A stretch of 64,000 nt of DNA, taken from NCBI RefSeq assembly GCF_006345805.1, contig NC_043005.1:28582001-28646000 (forward strand), written 5' to 3'. Below the pieces are notes generated by a model. The model was given only the letters and a program-made list of their open reading frames with translations, did no database searches and had not been told where the DNA came from. Shown piece after piece: positions 40,641-50,949 of this stretch. The stretch comes from Octopus sinensis. Lineage: Eukaryota. The position numbers were made by a program, and so were the translations under genes. Within the stretch, counting starts at the first letter, position 1. Each line of letters opens with the position of its first letter.

Positions 40641-41388
40641 TACACTCTGAACTTCACCCAGCCCAAGAATAAGCTGGGCGAAGTTCAATGGTTTTTAATT
40701 GTTTAAACTATTTAGAGCAGTTCTTTACTTGGCAATGGCTACACTGCTGCTGTTGCTTCTTCTTGTAGTAACAGTAGTAGCTCTGGTTTATGAGTACTTT
40801 ATTTCTCTTTGCCCTTATTCAGCCAGTGAGATCTTTTATAGCTTCTCTTGTTGAAAAGGGGAATTAGTCATAGCTATTAATTTCATATCATCCTGATGAT
40901 GAGACCTGTAAGATGAAAGTTGTCAGTTCTAATGTAAACTTCATTATGCTGATTGCTTCCTTGCATAAATGGTGGAATGATTTTTTTCATTTGAGGGGGT
41001 AATTAGAAGCATTAACATCTGAAGAATGTCAACACCTTCCTCAGAACCTATTTATATTTGATATAGTTTCCTCACTAAGAATATCCTGATATTTTTGGCA
41101 TGTACTCTTATTCCAGTCGTGTTGGGTTGTGCAACTGAACTTCAGAGACCTTTCAGCAGTATCAAACAAGAGTTGTGTAGTGATAATGGTAGGATGGGTA
41201 TTTCTTGATGTCAGCTTTGCTTCATCTCATTTCTCAATTGAAACCCTTCTAAGATGGTGGTGCTGGTGGTGGCAGTGTTGAAAGTAACCTTCGGGTAGTG
41301 TATTTCAGCCCACCACATACTGCCTAATGTAACAGCATGTAATGGGAAAGAGTGTAACAGAATGATTGATTAAAGAGGAGTATCTTGT

Positions 41389-41615
41389 AGTAAAGATTGT
41401 TTGCTAACATAACACGGCAGTCCTGGCTTAGGACTAATGTTGCTGTAATTTAGCCCCAGGAGACATCGTCTCCAGCTGGCTATATGATACGATCTGTGTC
41501 CTTATATTTTCGAACAAGGGAATCTAACACCCCCACTCAGCTCAAAACAATATCTGTGTATCGCTATTTCCGGGTTCTTTCCCTTCATCAGCACAGAATA
41601 ATTGTTCGGCTAGAG
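41389..41615 (-). mobile_element. Penelope-like/retrozyme-type insertion, copy B (monomer)
   Basis: Flanked by the perfect 14-bp direct repeat GAGGAGTATCTTGT (41375-88, 41616-29); contains a hammerhead; homologous to copies A and C. Confidence 0.78.
41553..41597 (-). ncRNA. Minimal type-I hammerhead ribozyme, catalytic core intact
   Basis: Minus strand reads TCTGTG-CTGATGA-AGGG AAAGAA CCCG-GAAA-TAGCGA-TA-CACAGA: stem I 6/6 bp, stem II GGG/CCC, short stem III, cleavage triplet AUA. Confidence 0.78.
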
Positions 41616-42318
41616 GAGGAGTATCTTGTTTTAATGGATGGGTTAAGACAGTTTGGCATCTCCTCGCCTATAATGTCTTCATATCCATATTTCAGCAGCC
41701 TGAAATGTCTGTCTGTCTGTTTAAGAAGCACAAGTGTGAAGGGGTGGAAATAGTGAAATATAAGCAGTGAAAACTTCCACTGGCAGAATGAGATAGGAAT
41801 GGTTACATTACTCAGCACTGAAACTTCACTACACCAATATCATAATATGAAGTATTATATGTAACATTTCTGTAATCCTCCATAAATATTCAATCACTTA
41901 ACAAATCGGCCAAAGGAAATGAATACCAAGTGAAACCTCTCAAAATTCGAACCTGTGATAGTTAGGAATACCTACATCCAGTTTTGCACTATTTTCTGAT
42001 AACATATTAATAAAAAAATGATAGAAGATTAACCTAGTCTGCATAGGAAATTAGAATGGAACACTATCACCCCCCACACACACATACACACCATGACCTA
42101 TGACAAAATAAGATCCCCATAAACTAATAATATGAAACTAATACAATACACAAATAAATAAATGGAACTAAATAACTATATACATTAACAAAATAAATTA
42201 AATACAAAAAGAAAGAAAAGAAAAAATAAGTAGATATAAATAAACAAATGAACAAAATAAATAAAAGCAAATTAAATGAACATGTATAAACAGGGGATAC
42301 TAATAATACAGTCACATT

Positions 42319-42351
<33 letters not shown>

Positions 42352-42394
42352 ACTAAACATAGACAGACACAGGAGTATATGAATACGTTAAGTA

Positions 42395-43026
42395 AAGACA
42401 CATACAATAGGAATACAAAATGGCTGATCATTAGTAAGGAGAGACACACAAAAAAGAAAGAAGAAAGCAAAGGACCACTGGTGAGGTCACAGAAGTGTGA
42501 CGAAAGAACTCTGGCCAAAACACGATTAATATAAAATAAAGCTGAAGCAAGTGAACACCAAATATATAGTGCATGTGTTTTCATTGGCAACATGACCGTC
42601 CCCAAATTTAAATAATCATATTTGTATATAATCATTTACTGTACTCATTATTAAGCTAATTTGATTATAAGTAATTATATAATAATTAGTGCTTGAATAC
42701 TTCTAGTCTTTACAATATACCAAATATTCTTTCTAGAATATATTTGTTGTGCAAGATTTTTTATGTGAAGTCGTGTGTTGAAACAGATATTGTTATATTT
42801 CGGAATGGTCATTTTGCCAGTTTAGCCAATAAAAACACACGCAATATATATTTGGTGTTATTTTGCTTCAGTGTTATTTATTTTTTACATTAATCTTAAT
42901 CTTATTTCGGCCAGAATTCTTTCGTCACACTCCTGTGACCGCATCAGTGGTCCTTTGTTTTCTTCTTTCTTATTTGTGTCTCTCCTTACTAACTGTCAGC
43001 CATTTTGTATTTCTATTGTATGTCTT
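42395..43026. mobile_element. Long inverted repeat (arms of about 215-230 bp), each arm carrying a hammerhead motif
   Basis: Arms at about 42395-42610 and 42795-43026. Plus motif 42472-42516: GGACCA-CTGGTGA-G-GTCAC..GTGAC-GAAAGAACTC-TGGCC. Minus motif 42909-42953 has CTGATGC. Confidence 0.75.
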
Positions 43027-43211
43027 CATTTGCACAGGGGTAATCAGTGACATGGTCATCCTGTTGGCATTAGATACTTGGTTCAAGTTCCACTAATGGA
43101 TCTGTTGCTGTTTTATGTACTTGACATTCTGTTTCTGATTAAAAACATTTCTTTTATACATATATTTTTTTTTTGTTTTTTTATCTCTCTCTTTTTCTCT
43201 CTTTCCTATAG

Positions 43212-43314
43212 AACCCTGTTGCCCACTGCTGGTCAGAACCTGGGCACTTCAAGAGAAAGTTTTGCAATGTCTGTCGCAAAAGACTGGAAGACAGTCTTGG
43301 AATACGGTGTGAGA
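43212..43314 (+). CDS. DGKQ: Diacylglycerol kinase theta, internal exon (N-terminal half of C1 domain 2)
   Basis: tttcctatag|AAC...GAGA|gtaagt; 103 nt, phase 0 to 1; NPVAHCWSEPGHFKRKFCNVCRKRLEDSLGIRCE (H-x12-C-x2-C-x11-C). Confidence 0.95.
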
Positions 43315-43520
43315 GTAAGTTTTACAGTGATTTCTTTTTTTGTCTCCATTTCTTGTTTCTTTCTCATAAACTTTGGTTGACTTATAAAGTATATAAAAGT
43401 CATTAATGACAAATTCCTGTGTTGTAAAATATGTCATGTTGCAGAAATAGGATGATAGAACCTTAATTTCTTTGTAATAAATATGCCGTATGCTGTAGAA
43501 AAAGGTTTAAAAAATTTATA

Positions 43521-44212
43521 CAGTTGAAAATCCTTCTTCTCAAACCTCCAAAATCTGAAAGCTTTTGAACACTGACATGACTAGCATCATTACTTATACA
43601 ATACTTTAAAAATAAAATGCTGACTTAGAAAATTGCTATTTTTAAATCTCACGAGATATTCAGCAACAGTAATTTGCAGTAAAGATTGTTTGCCAACATA
43701 ACATGGCAGTCCTGGTTTAGGACAAATGTTGCTGTAATTTAGATCCAAGAGACATCGTCTCCAGCTAGCTATACGACACGATCTGCCAGGACTGCCATGT
43801 TATGTTGGCAAACAATCTTTAAAAATAAAATGCTGACATTTATCAGTTTGCATTTTATTCACCTATTATCAGATTTAATGCTTTGTTTTATACCTTACAT
43901 AAAACCTAACACCTGTATTGTAAAAAATAAAACACAGATGTCAGACATGTATTGTAATCTTTTAATTAAAATATCACATCATAAGTAGAGACTGATGACT
44001 TACCTTTCTGATAGTAATATACTTTAAAAATTATTAAAAATTCAGGGTATATATGTATAAACAATAATATGAAATATAGATGGACACTGTTTAGTCTTGG
44101 AATCGATCCCGAAGCTGTCCTATTTTGTAAATGCAAATATATAAATATTTTGAAATCTAAAAAACATTTGAAATTCACAAAGCTTTTGATCCCAGGAATT
44201 TTGGATCAACTG
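43521..44212. mobile_element. pogo/Tigger-like non-autonomous DNA transposon
   Basis: TA|CAGTTGA ... TCAACTG|TA termini; subterminal CTCCAAAATCTGAAAGCTTTTGAACACTGACATGAC and the 3' region resemble Tigger4/MER46 as I recall them; interrupted by copy C. Confidence 0.6.
43625..43820 (-). mobile_element. Penelope-like/retrozyme-type insertion, copy C (5'-truncated with inversion)
   Basis: 17-bp TSD AAAAATAAAATGCTGAC (43608-24, 43821-37; 21 bp with the shared CTTT); same 3' end (...AATTTTCTAA) and same inversion boundary (AAAGATTG) as copy A. Confidence 0.75.
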
Positions 44213-46311
44213 TAGATACGTTAATTTTTATGGCCTCTTTGATTAATTATTACTAAAATTTTCATATTGATATTATTAGTATCTTATCAGAATTCTATTT
44301 TTATTCATTATAATCATTCCCCATCTCTCATTCCCCCCTCTTGCAAACTCTGCACTTCTATACTCCTTATTCTTCTGTACCCTTTCACTTCTACTTACCT
44401 TGTACCTTGAAAATCCACCCAGATGCCTCATCACCATTATTTTTATTTTTTTATCACACTCCAACTCCACTCCAATCACTCCCACATCTTCTCAAATGTA
44501 ACTCTATAGCTCCTCTAGAGCAAAAAAGTTTATTCTACCTTGGCCCTTTCTCTCATGCGTCAACCCCTTATCTCCTAGCACAAAGTCACCTCTCTTGGAA
44601 TTCATATCTTGCAAGCAGCATGGTAACCTCACTGGTGCTGGTAGCATGAAAAAAGCATCCATTAACATGCTGTAAAGTTCCAGCCATAGAAACCATACCA
44701 AAGTAGATAATGGAACATGATGCCATCCTCAAGCCTTTCAGATCCAGTTAAACCATCCAATGCATGTCAGCATGGAACATGAGCATTAAACTGGGAGGAC
44801 AATGAAATATTTCACTGCATTTTCTGTTGGAATCTTGAATCAGAATATTTTCAAATGCATGTACAACAACCTCAGCTTTAGAATTAGTGGTAACCTTATT
44901 TTGTGTGTCCACAACTCTATCTTTCTAATTACAAAGGGTTTTATATTTTGTAACACCTGGTGTCCAATAGCACTTATTTCCAAACTTTTAGTTTCTGGTG
45001 CTATTGTAAATAATGTCATTGGTTAAAGATTTCCACTACTCCACCATCTTTGTGACTGTGGGACTTGCAAAGAAGTATATGTGACTTGGGGGTAAGGACT
45101 TTGTCCTCAAAAAGGACATCATTCAAAGATCACTAGATTTTTGTCAACATTTACAACCTTTATAGAAGTCAACACACACACACACATTCTTTCTATTATG
45201 ATTATTGTATCATTGAGCCAACCAATGCTTTGTGAGAGGAACTGGCAGACAAACTGTATAAAAGCCTATCATTATGTGTGTGTGTGTGTCTGTCTTAATG
45301 TTTACATCCTGCAGCATCCTTGCATAAAAGCGCTGGGCAAAAAATGGTGACATGTTAACATTCCCAGGCAACAAATCTTCCTCCTGCTCTGCACTTGATT
45401 TCACTTGAAGATGAGTAGAATAAAAAGATCCATTACTTGAAAAACAAGTGTTATAACAGGAATGGCATCAAACTGTTAAAACAATACTTCAGTAAGAATT
45501 TGTCCAGCTCGTGCTAGCATGGAAAAACAGACATAAAAAGGAACAAGTTTCATAGAATTTGTTTCCTTATCTATTTAATGTTATCAGTTTTATTCAGTCT
45601 TTATTTTGAATCTTACTTCAAATTAACCCATAATTTTGATATAACTTTTAATTGCTCTTAGATATATGTTAAATCTACAGTACTTGTGATGCTGTATATT
45701 GCCTTAGACACATGTTTTTATCTGTCTGTATCCATCCATCTGTCCATCCCATCCTTCCTCCTTTGGTTGAGAAAAAAGAAGAGTTGAATAATATAGGGTT
45801 TACATAATGAGCAAACTTTCTTGTTACATTCTTGTCCTAAAATGTGAAGGAATTATTTCAGTAACTTAAACTGTTCAAAATTTCAAGTAGCAAGGATCCT
45901 GTCATTTTGAGATAGATTAAAGCAGATTCTATGATGGAGCTTTGTAGCATATAACTTTATAATTAAAATGCTTTCCATATCAAATGTCTGTGTATATGAT
46001 ATAGAACTTATTAATACAGAGGATCATGATCACTTTTCTGCTGAGACTAAAGATTATCTTCTCACTAACTCGTTCCAAAATTATTTTTAGCCAAGATTTG
46101 GCATGCAAAAAATGTATCAAAGATACCTACTCTTTTTTAACCTAAAAATTCATGTGTAATATAATTTTTCAGGCAGATGTTGTTGTTTAATTTCTCAAAA
46201 GATATTTGCTTCTTTTAAGCACACAATTATAGATACATTAACCTCAAGTCATCATTTACTAAACGTACATGCCTGTTGCATAATATAAGTTTCAATATAT
46301 AACTTACACAG

Positions 46312-46353
<42 letters not shown>

Positions 46354-46877
46354 ATTAAATTTGATATTTGTAACATCTATATTATTATATACTACAGAGT
46401 ACAGTAAAGAAAACCTCAGAATCACCATTCTTCATATATGTTTCTACAGCAAAAGCACAGTGTATGCTAGTTCAAACCATGATGATTACTGAAAAAAAAC
46501 ATGATGAAACATTAGCTAAATGAAGACACCATTACAACCTGCCTATCTTCATTAGCACCTCACCAATAGCCATGTAAAATATAAGAGGTTTTTCTGCCAC
46601 ACTCTGTATTATTAGCACTGACTCATAACTACAGAGTCTTTGAATTTGGGTTGTATCCTAGCTAATTCTACCAGTTCTCTCTAAGTATTACTTTGGATAG
46701 AATTAACCCTCACCAGACAAAAAAATAGTTGTTTTTTCCTCATGATTATGTTAAACATTTGTAAATGATGTATCAATCAACTAAACAAAATAAAAACTAA
46801 TATTCTACAACTGTTATAAAATTGACTTGAATATTTAAATTCCAGACTGTGATTCTTGTAATATATGTATTTTTCAG

Positions 46878-46966
46878 TTTGTGAATATTATGCACATATT
46901 GATTGTCAAGATTTTGTTGTGAGTGATTGTAAAGAATGTGCAACATATATTCCACAAAGAGATCTG
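46878..46966 (+). CDS. DGKQ: Diacylglycerol kinase theta, internal exon (C-terminal half of C1 domain 2)
   Basis: ttttcag|TT...GATCTG|gtgagt; 89 nt, phase 1 to 0; (I)CEYYAHIDCQDFVVSDCKECATYIPQRDL; visible inside ORF 46865..47053. Confidence 0.95.
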
Positions 46967-47059
46967 GTGAGTATTTCTCTCTCTGTTTACTCTCTTCTCC
47001 ATCTGTCAGTCTTTCCCACCACCACTTCTTTCTGTAATACTGCTCTAATATAGCTGTCG

Positions 47060-47230
47060 TACTGTTTTAATATAACTAATACTGCTGAAATACTATTGTA
47101 ATATAGCTGTAATATTGATGTAATATAGTTGTAATATTGATGTAATATACTTGTAATAAGCTATAATGTAGCTGGAATATAGCTGCAACACTGCTGCAAT
47201 ATTGATGTGAAACTTGTGTAATATAGCATC
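47060..47230. repeat. 11-bp-unit degenerate minisatellite (ATATAGCTGTA / ATATTGATGTA)
   Basis: Direct reading; starts about 95 nt downstream of exon 46878-46966. Confidence 0.7.
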
Positions 47231-48239
47231 TGGAATCTAATAATTCCTTTGACAACCAATCATACTTTACCATAATATATCAGGAGTGTATACACCCAGC
47301 AAACCTGTAAACATAGCTATTAGTGAGGAGTTAACTAATTCATAGTGTATGTTTACCAAGTGATTTATTCCTTACTACTTCAATTTTTAGAGGGAGGTTA
47401 CATTTTACTGATGAAGTCCAAGTGTAACTGAAGCATGTTGAAAGTTGTCTCCCATGTCTGAGAAAATGAAATTATAAATCATTGACTAATGACATTTTAA
47501 TGCTCTTTGTGTGAAATATGTTAAGACTGACTTAACTATTGATTTCCAAGTGGATCATAGTTGTTGTGTGATCTGTTATTTTCCAAATGATGTGTTAAGT
47601 CATTAGTATATAGAATTACAAACTATTGGTTGTACCAATTGTTTTTTTTCTTTGCTTTGTCAGAGTGCCACCTCATAAACTCTGACATTTAGATTCTTCA
47701 TTTTCATTTCATCAAAGAATTCCTCTCAAAATAATCCTCCAGTTCTTCATTTATTTATAATTTCAAGATATGTCTGCTGCTAGTAGTAACACCTGTCTGT
47801 ATTCCAACATTAATCTGTTAATAATATCTATCAATATTAATACCAAATATTTGTGATTTCAGGGTGCAACAGTTGCCTAGGGTATTGACTAAGCTGCACA
47901 AGTACACGTTCTAGTTGTTACGCTAACACTTTAGGTGCAGGCATGCCTTTGTGGTTGAAAAGCTCTCTTTGCAAGCACTTGGTTTAAGTCTCAATGCCTC
48001 TGTGTAGCACTTTGGGCAAGTGTCTTCTAATATAACCCTGGGCCAATTAGTTGCTTGTGAGTGAATTTGATAGAAGGAAATTTGGTAGAAGTCCTTTGTG
48101 TGTGTGTGTGTGTGTGTGCATGCATGTATATATGTATGTAAATATGTTTGTATTTCTGTATATATGTATATATATATACATATATACAGAAATACAAACA
48201 TATTTACATACATATATACATGCATGCACACATGATTGG

Positions 48240-50558
48240 GTTGTCAGCGACTAAACCGGCACTCCCACCAGACTACCCTGGTGAGGAGGGTTGCTAGAAA
48301 CCTGGCAGGATTAAAAACAAAACCTGTTGAAAGGTCGAATGAACTTAGTGCAGGCTCAATGGCTATCTAGCAATAGCACAGGTACGCAGAATTTCTGGGA
48401 TGGTTTCCAATGTGCTAGAAGACTACTGGGAGAGGGGTACCCTTCAGCTTCTGTTGAAGCATGTCTCTAGGTGAAGGTCACTCTGATATAAAAGATGATA
48501 TGCAGCAAATGGTATTGGACATTTTGGGGATCTTTGGTTTGTGCTAGAGATCATGGCTCTCCCACATCCCTGAGCCTGCAACTCATATTGGCACCAGACA
48601 TCTCACTCAGGCTTGTCAATAAAGTGTAGAGGGTCTATAAGGTATTGTGCAAGCCTTATTGGACCTAAAACTCTGCACAGGTTTTGCTGACTTCTGCTCA
48701 ATATGCACTGTTTCTTTTTTCCCCTATATGTGTTTATTTTATTTTCAGCATATATCTTTATTTTTAGTATATATTTATTTATTTTTAGTATATTTTATTT
48801 TTATTCGGAAGTCCTGTAGTAATGGGAAGGTGGTGAAGCATGCAGACCTGATGGTTGGAAGCATGTAGTCAGCGACCTGCACATAGGCGTCCCATGCTAG
48901 ATATAAAGTCATCTCCTTGTTGCCTATAACAGCAATAGAATTCACTTGCTGCATGGGTGTCTGAACAGCTCCATTTTGAGAGGGCACTGCTCACCCAAAG
49001 GCTAGGGATCTTCTAGAAAAAATGAACCAAAAATTGCCTGTCTTTCTGTATCTGCTCAGTTTAGTGTGACTGACAGATGTCCACCCTGTGCTCAAAAAAC
49101 AGAGTCTTTTTTTTTTTACAAAATTTGGTTGGAACTTGAACATTTCATGTTGGAATGTGAACACTCTGTTGGATAACAAGAGTGATTGTAGGCCTCAAAG
49201 ATGCACTGCACTTGTTGCTTGTGAGCTTAACTGCTATAACATTGATATACATGTACTATCAGAGATTCATATAGAAGGTGATGGTCAGCTTGAGGAAATA
49301 GGAGGTGGATACACCTTTTTTTGGAAGGGGAGGCTGAAGGAGGAGCGCAGAGAGGCTGGTGTTGGCTTTGAAGTTTGATCTGATATCCTTAAGAAGTTGG
49401 TGGAGCTTCCTGTTTCTATAAATGATTATCTAATGACTCTATAATTGCACCTGAAAGGTGGGCAGTTTGCTACTCTAATAGGTGCCTATGCACCTACTTT
49501 GACTAGTTGTGATGAAGATAAAACTATTTGTTATATCCAGCTGAGAGCCATACTTAGGAAAATCTCCAATTCTGATAAAGTCATTCTACTGGGGGATTTC
49601 AATGCCAGGGTTGGAACAGACTGGCAAACATGGAACTCTCTAGGACATTTTGGTGTAGGGAAAATGAATAGCAATGGTCTCATACTGCTGGAGCTTTACT
49701 TTGCAAACACTCATTTTATGCACAAAAATGATCACACAAAGTGAATGCATTCAAGGTCTAAAGTTTGGCACTTGCTGGATTATGTCATCAGCTACAAGCA
49801 TGACATCTATGATATTTGTGTGACATCTATGACATTTGTAATGTCAAGTCCTTTCATGGATCAGAATGCTGGACAGACCACAGTCTGATGCAAGCAAATT
49901 CCTGGATGATGATTAGCGTGAAAGAGAGAAGAGGGCCAGTCGGCATTTCTCAATGTCTGAATGTCCACAAGATATATGATGCCATGTTGAGGAAAGAGTT
50001 TCAAATCACTTGTCCAGCATTAAAAATACTGCAGCAAGGGAAGATTTTCGAGACCAGGTTCTTCAATGTGCTGCTGAAATACTGGGATATGCTACTGCCA
50101 GTCACAGAGACTGGTTTGATGAAAATGATGCTGAAGTTCAGCAACTATTGGTTGTAAAGCACCATGTCCACAATGCATTGCAGCACTGAGGACTTTCAGC
50201 TGTGCAGCAAAATCTAGCACTTACCCATTATAGCAGTGTAAAATCACTGCTGCAGCAATCCTCAGGAAGATGCAGGACACTTGGTGGGAGGATCTTGCTC
50301 ATGATGTTCAGGCTTCTGCTGATGCAAATGACAGCAAGAAGCTTTACCATCTTATGAAGTAAGTTTATGGGCCTAAGAGCTCTGCATCAGCTCCTTTGCT
50401 TTCCAAGGAGTCTTCTACTCTATTTACTAAATCTATAGAAATTGCAGGTCGCTGGATTGAACACTTCTCTGAACTCCTAAACTATGGAGTCAGTTGTGGA
50501 TGAAACACTGATTGATACTATGCAACAAAAATCTATCATTAGCTCCTTAAATTCCACA
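48240..50558 (+). mobile_element. RTE/BovB-like LINE, 5' portion (AP endonuclease), decayed
   Basis: ORFs 49088..49378 (ISCWNVNTLLD...ELNCYNIDI..LSE...GYTFFWKG) and 49445..49744 (AYAPTL...DKVILLGDFNARVG); CWTDH motif; many stops. Confidence 0.88.
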
Positions 50559-50879
50559 CCCTCAATTTAGCGCCTTCAGACTATCGTCTCTTCAACTCCA
50601 TGAAAAAGGGTTTGAGAGGCAAACATTATTCCAGTGATGAGGAAGTGAAAACTGTAGTGAAGAAGTGGCTCAAAGAACAGTCAGCAGAATTTTACAGAGC
50701 AGGGATACATGCTCTCATTTGAAGGCGGAACATTGATATTGAGAGAAATGGTGACTATGTTGAGAAGTAGGGATGTGATCCACAGAGGACCAGCTTCATT
50801 TTGATGTATGATACATGTTCCTGTGTTGGTAATTATACCTGTCCTAAACAAAATAGCATTACTTTTTGACTGACCCTCG
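50559..50879 (+). mobile_element. Mariner transposase 3' fragment with right TIR
   Basis: LAPSDYRLFNSMKKGLRGKHYSSDEEVKTVVKKWLKEQ...NGDYVEK*; ends CTTTTTGACTGACCCTCG. Confidence 0.88.
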
Positions 50880-50949
50880 TGTGTGTGTGTATGAATGTAT
50901 ATATGTGTGTGTGTGTATTCTTTTATGTATTTCTGCCCAAAAGCTGTGG

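Noticed and set aside
40891-47450. Two CTGATGA...GAAAGTTGTC strings (about 40893 and 47408)
   Set aside because: No coherent stem I, II or III; consistent with chance
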